Below, piece after piece: positions 37,474-46,100 of a stretch of DNA of 64,000 bases. How positions within the stretch are numbered: position 1 is the first letter of the stretch; each line of letters begins with the position of its first letter. Both the position numbers and the translations under genes were made by a program. A model generated the notes under the pieces. It was not told the origin of the DNA and did not search any database. It worked only from the letters and a program-made list of their open reading frames with translations. The stretch covers positions 54,179 through 118,178 of the forward strand of contig CAXXTH010000006.1 of assembly GCA_963668025.2 (NCBI GenBank). Reading direction: 5' to 3'. The stretch comes from Candidatus Hydrogenedentota bacterium (lineage in GTDB: Bacteria; Hydrogenedentota; Hydrogenedentia; Hydrogenedentales; SLHB01).

Positions 37474-37900
37474 GGTGGGTGTCTCCTTCCAATGCATCGC
37501 GCTTGATAGCCTCGATGCTCCTGCTATCGTACGGGTGATGTTCTTCCCCTGAGACCGTCGTTACACGGCTCCGCTTCTGAAGCATGCCTGAAGGGTGGCG
37601 GTCCAGCACCGTTTCCGCCGCTCGCAACCGCACGCTTGCCGGGGCGCTGGGGTCGTTCAAAATCGCCTCGATGACGGCCAGGGCTTGGCGGAGCATATCG
37701 TCAAGCTGCCCCATGCTCGAGACCCTCAACATCAACGCGGAGTCTTCAAGCTGCCGCCGGTACTCGGCCACGGCGGGCTTTTCGCATATGGCGTCTATCT
37801 GCGCAACAGTCTTACCGGTCGCAGCGGCCACGGCGCGGCGATTGCCTCCGGTGGCGTATAACAGCCTGGCCACGTGTTTATGCCATGCGGCGGGCTTCAT
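37463..37900 (-). CDS. Small-terminase-like protein (HTH plus 'VRLRAAETVLDR' helix pair)
   Basis: HTH, 'ALAVIEAILND...VRLRAAETVLDRHPSGM'. Homolog at 56622-57059. Confidence 0.6.
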   Translation of the reverse strand: MKPAAWHKHVARLLYATGGNRRAVAAATGKTVAQIDAICEKPAVAEYRRQLEDSALMLRVSSMGQLDDMLRQALAVIEAILNDPSAPASVRLRAAETVLDRHPSGMLQKRSRVTTVSGEEHHPYDSRSIEAIKRDALEGDTHHAE

Positions 37901-38115
37901 CGCGGAGCCTCCCATTGCTGCTCGAACCACTCCGCTTCCAACTGCTGCAAGAGACGCCGTTCATGAAGCATGGCGTTTCTGGTCATCGCCAACTGCGTCA
38001 AGACAATCGGGTCGCCCAAATCGTCCTTCAGTTCAGTGAAAATCTCCATCATGTCTCTGTCGTAATCTCGTAAACGCTCCTGCGAGTTGATGATTTCTTT
38101 CGTGATACTTTTCAT
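37897..38115 (-). CDS. 72-aa helical hypothetical protein
   Basis: GGAG RBS, ATGA overlap with the next gene. Disrupted homolog in element 2. Confidence 0.65.
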   Translation of the reverse strand: MKSITKEIINSQERLRDYDRDMMEIFTELKDDLGDPIVLTQLAMTRNAMLHERRLLQQLEAEWFEQQWEAPR

Positions 38116-38220
38116 GCAATCGCTCCACGTAACGTCCACTTTACATATCGTGAAAAACACTGGGTTTGCGGGTCGAGCCTGGGGGTGATATACACCTGGG
38201 GTCAAACACCGGTGCGAAAA

Positions 38221-38613
38221 TCACGCCCCTTTTGCATTCCCCTCGGCTCTCGGCTGCCCAAACATTCCGCTCGGGTGCCTGTCCAGCAGCGCAATAACAA
38301 TTTGCAGCTTTATTCCGACGGGCGTTTCCGGATCTGACAACGTCTCATCGAGTTGAGCCAGGCCGAGGTCGATTGCCTCGTTCAGTCGCGTAACCGTGGC
38401 GGCCCAAAATGTCTCACCAGTGGCGCGTAATTCGCGTATCTTCTCCCGGATGGGCCAGTGCTGGAGTATCTGTTCCACCTGAGATGGTTCCAGTTTGACC
38501 ATGTGTGCGATCTCGAACTCGCTTAGCTGATAGTTCATTGCCGCCAGTTGCGCGATTTCTCGATGGACAGCAGGCGCGTCCTCGAAGTGTGCGTACTCGA
38601 AATTACTGTTCAT
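38221..38613 (-). CDS. Small-terminase-like protein, paralog of 37463-37900
   Basis: Shares 'LxDP..P....L......LDRHPSGM'. Homolog at 59134-59526. Confidence 0.6.
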   Translation of the reverse strand: MNSNFEYAHFEDAPAVHREIAQLAAMNYQLSEFEIAHMVKLEPSQVEQILQHWPIREKIRELRATGETFWAATVTRLNEAIDLGLAQLDETLSDPETPVGIKLQIVIALLDRHPSGMFGQPRAEGNAKGA

Positions 38614-38652
38614 ATGCAGGCTCCTTCCAAATGTTTTTTTGCTGTGAGAACG

Positions 38653-38760
38653 AGTGACGTTAGTGACGCAAGTGACATGACTTTCAGTAAAGTCCCCTTA
38701 TGATAGAGTTTCTAAGGAGAGTTTATGGAATGTTGTGTCACTAGCGTCACTAGCGTCACT
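38653..38760. other. Putative replication origin (iterons) of element 1
   Basis: AGTGAC x3 at 9-bp spacing (38653, 38662, 38671) and inverted GTCACT x3 (38737, 38746, 38755) flank an AT-richer core right after the primase stop. Confidence 0.75.
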
Positions 38761-40192
38761 CATCGGTTAATATTCCTAATCCAATCCATAAGCGCTTGCC
38801 GCCGGTGGCGCGGTATTCATCGAAACCTTGCGATTGAAGATACTCGCCAAACCGGCGTTTGCTTACGGCGGTTTCACCGGCATCTGCGCACCATTTCTCA
38901 TATGCTGCATATACATCCGCTTTTAGCGTTTGGCAGTGGGATTGTCGCAGACAACACTCCGCCAGAAAGCGGCCTACGCCATCCTCATGTAGCCGATATT
39001 CGGATGTTGCGGCGGTCACTTCCTCGGGTGCTTTTAAACCTTCCGCCAGATAGGCGCATGCGCCTTCGACAAGCCAGTTCAAGACGCCCTCAGCCTCGTT
39101 TGATATAAGACGCTCCTTCAATTGACCGTCAACGCGGTCCTCAGGAATCGTCTGGGTGAAAGGAATAAGGCGTACGCGACGCCAGATGGCTAGGTCGGTT
39201 CCTTTAATCTTAGGGCGATCATTTGTGGCAAGCCACAGCACGTGAGTAGGCTCGAACTGAAACGGCGATTGATACAATTCGCGTGCTACAATTGGGTCTC
39301 CGCCACACATAGCTTTGACGCGCGCCTCGTTCAATTTATGGCCTTCGCCGGTCTCTATACTCGTCAAGAACCGTAGGCCGTACAACTTCGCAAGGTCGGG
39401 GCTCGGGCCATTGCTTGGGCGGTTATCGAGAAGTAGCTCAGGAGGGCATTGTCCTGCGTAGCCATCCCCCATAATTCGCTGGAGCACGTTCAAGAAGGTG
39501 GACTTCCCGTTGCGGCCTTTGCCAAAGCAAATGAAAAACACCTGCTCCGCCGATGTTCCGAGTAGGCTATACCCGGCGGCCTTTTTCACGAAATGGCGCA
39601 AGGCTGGGCTGGGGAAAATATCCTCCAGGAATCGCTCCCATGTCGGGGCGGGCTTTCCTTCGTAATAATCGTACGGGATGCATTTCGTGATGTAATCGCT
39701 CTTGCCGTGGTCTAATACTTTAGGTAACGAACCTTGCGGATTCCCGAAGTCTAGCGTGCAATTTTTGAAATTAACCTTCAATGGCTGGACGTCGAATTCG
39801 GCCACTGTCATAGACATATACGCTTCTGAGATTTTCAAAATCGCGGACACTGTGGCGGCGGTCTCACACTTACGGGCAAATGCTAGGAGCCAACTGACAA
39901 GTTGAGTCGGTTCACCGTCTCGGGCGTACTGGCCTGCCAAGTCCCTGAAGTGTTGGCCTACGCATTCGATACACATCGAACGCACTTGCGCCTCGTTGCA
40001 CGCCCAGTGGGTGCCCGTCCATGCCAGCCAACCCCAGCCGGAAACGAATCGCACATAAGAACCGCATGCGTTCGCAAACACGCGCGATCCACTGTACTCA
40101 GTGCATAATTCACTGCGTCGGAACTCCATAGAGTCGGTGGGGCCAGGGCGCTTGCGGCGGCGGGCTTGTTTTAGATCAATGGCCTCAGCCAC
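38756..40192 (-). CDS. P4-family/D5-like primase-helicase (SF3)
   Basis: 'WLAWTGTHW', Walker A 'GKGRNGKST', 'GGDPIVARELY', 'ATNDRP', 'AIWRRVRLIPF'. Confidence 0.92.
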   Translation of the reverse strand: MAEAIDLKQARRRKRPGPTDSMEFRRSELCTEYSGSRVFANACGSYVRFVSGWGWLAWTGTHWACNEAQVRSMCIECVGQHFRDLAGQYARDGEPTQLVSWLLAFARKCETAATVSAILKISEAYMSMTVAEFDVQPLKVNFKNCTLDFGNPQGSLPKVLDHGKSDYITKCIPYDYYEGKPAPTWERFLEDIFPSPALRHFVKKAAGYSLLGTSAEQVFFICFGKGRNGKSTFLNVLQRIMGDGYAGQCPPELLLDNRPSNGPSPDLAKLYGLRFLTSIETGEGHKLNEARVKAMCGGDPIVARELYQSPFQFEPTHVLWLATNDRPKIKGTDLAIWRRVRLIPFTQTIPEDRVDGQLKERLISNEAEGVLNWLVEGACAYLAEGLKAPEEVTAATSEYRLHEDGVGRFLAECCLRQSHCQTLKADVYAAYEKWCADAGETAVSKRRFGEYLQSQGFDEYRATGGKRLWIGLGILTDE

Positions 40193-40448
40193 GGGGCTCG
40201 TCCTTGAATGGATCTGCGGGTGTCACACGGTTCGAGTCGATGAAAGCCCGCAAGTCGGCGAGATCGTATCTGATCGCGCGACCCACCGTAACGTGTGCAA
40301 TATTGATGTGGCCTGGAAGGTAGCCCTCAAAGCGCCTTTTTCTAAGATAGTTCGAAGAAACCCCCAGGATTTTGGCGGCTGTTTTCGTATCGACTAATTG
40401 CGGGCTGTTCAGATTGTCTGACATATTCAAGCTCCTAACGTTTGCCAC
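40185..40448 (-). CDS. AlpA/excisionase-like HTH protein
   Basis: 'LVDTKTAAKILGVSSNYLRKRR...GRAIRYDLADLRAFI'. Start may be 40424. Confidence 0.8.
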   Translation of the reverse strand: MANVRSLNMSDNLNSPQLVDTKTAAKILGVSSNYLRKRRFEGYLPGHINIAHVTVGRAIRYDLADLRAFIDSNRVTPADPFKDEPRG

Positions 40449-40526
40449 AGGCGCTTTGTGTGCCCATTCATTACGTGGAGATTGCCAGACCTGAGTCGGA
40501 AAGCCTATAGCGCCATTATGTGGGCA

Positions 40527-41627
40527 TTATGCAGATTGTTTTGACGAACTAGATATGTAATATCCAGCGATTTCAGAATTACCCCTGCTGGGAGGAATGT
40601 TAACTCCATGCTTGCGAAGGTTCGCTACTGTACGAGACACACTGGATTGATCCAGCGATTTATCTGAATCGTCGGCATGAGCTTCGTCATAGTGCTTAAT
40701 GATGTCTACATGTGTGATTGGGCCATGGTCCGCTATCATTTTGCATATGAAGCTTTCCCTTTCCGACAGCGGCGTTCCGTCTGGTGCGAATCTGTCTCCG
40801 GGCTTCCACTGGTGCGGCGCGGCGGCCTCCTCCGACTCCTGTGCCACGGTGGCGGGCGCGGGGAGCGGTGCGGGTGTGTAGAAGTCGCTGAGCCATTGAG
40901 TGTGCAGGATGCACCGCTGTATCCATGCTACCGCCTCACTGGTACGGATACCATCATTGACGATCTGCGGCCCCGTCGATAGCAGTTCACGATAAGTGTC
41001 GGACTGGTTGATATTCGCAGTTTTTGGGGCTCCTTCAAGTGAATGGTAATATTGCCACGGATCCACAAGCACCTGGCATAGGGTAACGATCTCTAATACT
41101 GTCCACCATGCACGGTCCGTCAAGTATTTCTCAAACCACGTCTTAATGTGTGCCAGAACAATGGGCGGCGGCGCGGGCATATCCTCGGGTTGAGGCGTAT
41201 CAAACCATGCAGGAAGTTTTTGGCCGGACGCTTCAGCCCACAAGATGAAGTCTGTCTTTAAGGTGAGTACCCGCAGATGAGAAATGATGGGCAAACTTGG
41301 ATTAATGGCAGCCCGCTTGTGAGCGATTAACCAGCGGGCGGCGGCGTCGAATTCGGGCGCTTCCCACAAAAGGGCATCGGGTACGTTGTCGTAAATACAT
41401 GCCCGTAAATGAGGAGTTGAAAGCAGATCTCGAAGTACGAAATGAGGAACGAGTGTTTCTTTTCTGGGGTTCTGTTTAGGGGTATCATCTGGATTTTCCA
41501 GCACCAGCCGCTCCTTGTGAAGCATTCCCGTGAAAAGGACGAGGGGAATAGGCTTTTCCCGGAGATGAAAACTATTGTATTCGGCAATGGTTGGATCTAA
41601 GTTTTCGGCGGTGCGTTTCTTTGGCAT
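40527..41627 (-). CDS. Hypothetical protein with C-terminal winged-HTH
   Basis: 'LSERESFIC...DQSSVSRTVANLRKHG...GYY'. Confidence 0.65.
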   Translation of the reverse strand: MPKKRTAENLDPTIAEYNSFHLREKPIPLVLFTGMLHKERLVLENPDDTPKQNPRKETLVPHFVLRDLLSTPHLRACIYDNVPDALLWEAPEFDAAARWLIAHKRAAINPSLPIISHLRVLTLKTDFILWAEASGQKLPAWFDTPQPEDMPAPPPIVLAHIKTWFEKYLTDRAWWTVLEIVTLCQVLVDPWQYYHSLEGAPKTANINQSDTYRELLSTGPQIVNDGIRTSEAVAWIQRCILHTQWLSDFYTPAPLPAPATVAQESEEAAAPHQWKPGDRFAPDGTPLSERESFICKMIADHGPITHVDIIKHYDEAHADDSDKSLDQSSVSRTVANLRKHGVNIPPSRGNSEIAGYYISSSSKQSA

Positions 41628-41742
41628 TGCGTGATCCCTTCTGTGGGTCGAGCGGCAGGCTTTCAGCGGGATCACTCTTACTCACCCGCCATCTCGTGCG
41701 CCGGGCCGTTGCAATCGGCTACCAGCTACCCAAACTAATTAA

Positions 41743-43112
41743 GGGTGCTCCCTCAATATGATAACCTCAATTGACCCCGTGGCGGGCCACGTGTTGCCAG
41801 AACTGGTCCCAACGGCCCTCGGTCATCTCCAGCGACCTGAGCGCGATCACCGCGCTCGCGCCCGCTTCCTTCCACCGCATCCCGGAGCATGCCAGGCGTT
41901 GCTTGATCAGCGTCTTGCACGCCGCCTCCGTCACTCCGCTGCCGATGGGAAGGCGCTCCGCCGTGTGCCGCCAGTATTGCATCTTCGAGCGGTGATTGCC
42001 GAAGTAGGTGATCGCCTTGCCGAGTTCCTCGCGGCAAGCCTGGGCGCGCACGCTTGGCAAGCTCGCCTTCATCTCCTCCAGCAAGCGTCCGGCTGCGCCC
42101 CTCGTGTGCTTCAGCCGGTGACTCCAGTCCGCCTCCCACTCCCGGCGGCGCGCGCCATGACCGTGAATCGCCTCCGCCGCCTTCCCCACGTATTCCCGCG
42201 CGTGATAGAAATCCAGCATCTGCCGGTCCGTGCGCGGCGTCAAAAACTTCCAGTTGTCCGGCGCGCCGTCGGCCAGGCCGATATACAGCGCCGCCGGGTG
42301 CCTCGCCCTCACGCGCTCCACCTCGCGGCCGAAGCGCTCGAGGAAAGTCTGCTTGCCGTACTCGGGCGATGCGCCCGCGTAGATCGTGTGCAGCCGCTCC
42401 CCGTCCTTGTCGTACAGGCTGATGGACCCGCACATCGCCTGACGCCAGCCGTCCTCCCTGAGCAGCATGCAGGTGCCGTCCAGGCCCACGGCCACCGACG
42501 CGACCGGCCTGTCCAATTCCGGCAGCTCGTACTCCCACGTCTCCTCCCTGGCCTGCGCCAGGGCGCCCACAAAATCGCCGATCTTCTTCACATAGTCGCG
42601 CGAGATTGCGCGGCCTGTCGACTCGAGCAGGTCGCGGCGCATGACATCGGCGCCCATGCGGGAGTATTTTCCGCTGACGATCCGGGCGTAGCGCGGCGTG
42701 GCGTTCATGACCATTCGCGCGTCCCGCTCCAGCGGGCAGAAGGTGCGCCCGCCCGTGGCGGTGTTCTGGTAGACGTGCCGCTCGACGCGGACCGGGCCGT
42801 GGGGCGTCTCGTAGGTCTGGCCGAAGCGCCCCTTGGTTTTGAAGGTGGTGGCGCCGACGCGGATGGGCGAGCCGTCTGTGTCGAAACGGGCCAGGGCCTC
42901 GGCCATGACTGCGCGCCCCACCCCGTTCAGGGCCTCCTGGACCGCCTCCTCCATATCGAGCATCGAACCACGCAGCCTCAGCGAGAAACTCACCTCGAAC
43001 GTGTCGCCGTCGCGCCTTGTCACCATCGCTGCCATCGGTCTTCCTCCGTTAAGGGTCCGGCATACTTATCGACCCGACACGAGGATTTCTTTAGCATTCT
43101 GCGGGAACACCC
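41743..43112 (-). mobile_element. ISKra4-family insertion sequence
   Basis: Terminal IRs GGGTGCTCCCTCAATATGATAA and GGGTGTTCCCGCAGAATGCTAA. 8-bp target duplication CTAATTAA at 41735-41742 and 43113-43120. Confidence 0.9.
41767..43035 (-). CDS. ISKra4-family transposase
   Basis: 'VGLDGTC', 'LADGAPDNW', 'LDFYHA', 'PIGSGVTEAACKTLIKQRL..SGMRW'. Confidence 0.92.
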   Translation of the reverse strand: MAAMVTRRDGDTFEVSFSLRLRGSMLDMEEAVQEALNGVGRAVMAEALARFDTDGSPIRVGATTFKTKGRFGQTYETPHGPVRVERHVYQNTATGGRTFCPLERDARMVMNATPRYARIVSGKYSRMGADVMRRDLLESTGRAISRDYVKKIGDFVGALAQAREETWEYELPELDRPVASVAVGLDGTCMLLREDGWRQAMCGSISLYDKDGERLHTIYAGASPEYGKQTFLERFGREVERVRARHPAALYIGLADGAPDNWKFLTPRTDRQMLDFYHAREYVGKAAEAIHGHGARRREWEADWSHRLKHTRGAAGRLLEEMKASLPSVRAQACREELGKAITYFGNHRSKMQYWRHTAERLPIGSGVTEAACKTLIKQRLACSGMRWKEAGASAVIALRSLEMTEGRWDQFWQHVARHGVN

Positions 43113-43127
43113 CTAATTAAATTGTAT

Positions 43128-46100
43128 TTATTTTGCAGAGGCTTGTCGAGACATTGTATGCATTCGCTTCCACACCTGGCCGATCATTTTCGTGCGGGCG
43201 GCGGCGCGGGTGCGGTCGATGGCCTTTTCTAGGGCTGCCATGTCTCCCTCGGATGGATGCTCCACCCGTGCAGGTGTCGCCCACCTGGCCAGCGATTTCC
43301 GGGCGGCTTCCCCGGCTTCGGCGCAGAAATCGTGATACTCGCTATCCGTCAGGTACTCCCGCTTCCCCGCAATCGTGACATACGGTTCCGGGGCGCTGAA
43401 CCACCGCACGTCGTCGGGGTGCGCGTTGTTCCAGTTTGTAATCAGCCTGTCCAACTTCACCGCCGTGGCGTCGCGTCCTTCCGGCGTCATATCCTGCATG
43501 GGGCTCAACAGCCGGAATAGGAAATCCGACGCGGGCCGGTCGAACGGCTTGGCCTTCTGCATCTCCTCACCCCAGAGCGTGACCTTCGGCCTGGGCTCGT
43601 CTACACCCGTGGCTTGATAACGTACTCGTGCGCCCCACCGCGCCCACCTATCGCCGTGCTCGCCCCAGACTCGAGACTCCCGATACATGTCATCAAGCCG
43701 GGCTTCAGTGCCTTTGACGATGTTCGGCACAAACGATGTGGCGAAGTTCCCGGCCCAGCGCGCTGCCCGTTCTGCGAGCCCCGCGCCGCTCCGTGCATCG
43801 AATAAGTCCATGATGTCACTCAGTGAACGGACAATGGATTTATCTCGTATGATGGACAACCAATGCAACATGACAGAGGCCGCAGCGTCCATGACATCCT
43901 TGCCGTTCTGGGCGCTGCGGAATTCTGTCAAGCCATCCACCAGCATGGACAAAGTCGTACTCACTGGTTCGAGTTCACGATACGAATACCACCTTCCATC
44001 GATGCGTATCGATTGTGGCGGGGCCGTCCGCTGCGCCATCTCGCGTTGCCCCTTGGGTGTCGCACCGAACGGCATCGTGCCGGTGATCGGCGGGTCGTCA
44101 TCGTCTCCGCCGAATGCCGAGAGCAGGCCCGCCGTGACGCCGACGGCCATAAGCCCGACGAGTTGTTCCGAGAGATCGCGCACAAGCAAGTCCGGGGTCT
44201 CATTCTTCGTGACCAACCGGGTAAGCATAGCAAACGCGCCAAGCGGCGATTTGCGGACGCCCGTCTTTGCGAGGTTCACCCAGGTCTTGAAGAATGGCAC
44301 CGCGTGGCGCAGGTGTATGACCTCCCGAACCCGGCTTAGCTCCTTACCAATCGGGCCAAGGTCAGACTGGAACGTCAGTACACTGGCCTTGTTCATTGCG
44401 ATTGACCACGCCCGCGATGTGCGGTCTGACACGAGCTCTTCTATCCGCTTGGCCTTCGCTTCGCCGGTCAGCCCTTCGCCCCGGGCAATACGGAAAGCCA
44501 CCACACCCACCTCCATATTGGCTATCAGCGCGTTGAAAAATTCGTCTTCAGCCACCAACGAAGTAACCGATACGCCCCGGAACGCCCGATACGGCGCACG
44601 CGCCATCACCCTAAGTTTTGCTTCGACGCCCTTCACTGCGAAGAACTGCGAAAGAGGTATCGTGCGAACGGCCCGCGTTCCTTTGGCGTCTAGCTTTGAA
44701 CGTTCCTGTCCAAGGATTTCATCGCTGAACACTGGAGCGTCATGCTTGAACGCCATGATGGATGCTCGTATCGCAGCAGGAGCACCGGCCAGCACGCCAC
44801 GCCAAAGGTGCTTGAGCTCGTCGGGGTGTAGCGTCGGTCGGGTCTCGGGAGCTCCCTCGCCACCAAGCGCCATGATAGTAGAGTTAACTAAGGCTTCGGC
44901 TGGCCGCTGTAGCAGATAATCAACCCCCATGGAAACCGCGTTGCCCGCTATGTTCCGCACATGTGTGACCGGCAGGCTCAGCATGGACATCAGGCGGAAC
45001 TCGAACACAGCGTCCCAAATGGAGGCTTTTGTTGCGCCGATGACATGCAATGCCTCATACCGTTTCGCGGGGTCTTTCATTTCGTCGGCGAGGTTCTGCA
45101 CGTCAATGCCCGCCTCGCTGAGATGCTTCAGGATGGATTTGTACATCTTCCGCCGAAGGATCTCTACGTCAGCAACCTTCCCAGTCCGTTCGGCAAGCAC
45201 CTGCAAATTCCGGGAACTGCCGATGCGTTCACGCGCTCGTTCCAATAGTTTCTGTGTCAGCTCTGTGGCCGCGCTTTGGATGTTCTCTACGGCGCGTTCC
45301 TCGGGTGTACGGAGTGGGTCAACCCGCCGCTGCAATGCCGCGCCTGCTTCGCCGCCCAGCAAGTCATAGGCTTCCTGAAGCGCGATGTGTCTGTCAATAT
45401 CCGCGTCGCCCTGGGTCTCGAAGGCTTGCTGTGCAAGGTCATGCGTGAGACGTTTTGCCGCTTCCATCTCGTCGTCAGTCAGGGGCGAACCGCTACGCGC
45501 CTTACCGAGCACGTACGCGTACAGCCGGTCCGGTTTGGCCAGCATCGCCGTCACCCGCGCCGCGCTCTCTGGGTTTGAGTATTTCCCACGTCCAGCTTCT
45601 TTCAAGACTTCCCGAGACACATCGACCTGGTTGCGCGCCTCGGGTGTCAGGCCGGGGTTTGCCCACTCTGGGCGGCCAATGGCTGGCCCAGCATCGAATT
45701 TTTCTTCTTGCGTTCCTGGCCCTCCCGTGCTACCCTGGCTACGGAATTCCTCCCGTCGAGAGTCCGGGATCGCTGAGGCGGGAGGCGTCGGCTTGGGGAC
45801 GCTCGGACGCCGCCCATGACCGTACGCGTCATCTGGCGCTGGTCTGCGCCAGGTGACCTCCATATCATATTGCCTTCCTTTTCCGCGCCCTGGAAATTGA
45901 GTGATTAAACGCCCCCTGTTTACCTCGTGATTTATGACGTATTTTTTCGGCGATACTACCACCATATGCTTCGTACCATCCCGATATTCACGAACATAAA
46001 TCCAGTTCTTCTTCTTGTTGTCCCATAATTTGGCTGCCGCATTAGCAAGTGTATCTGGCACATTCGGCATCCATGTTGCTTTGTCTACACTGACAGTGAT

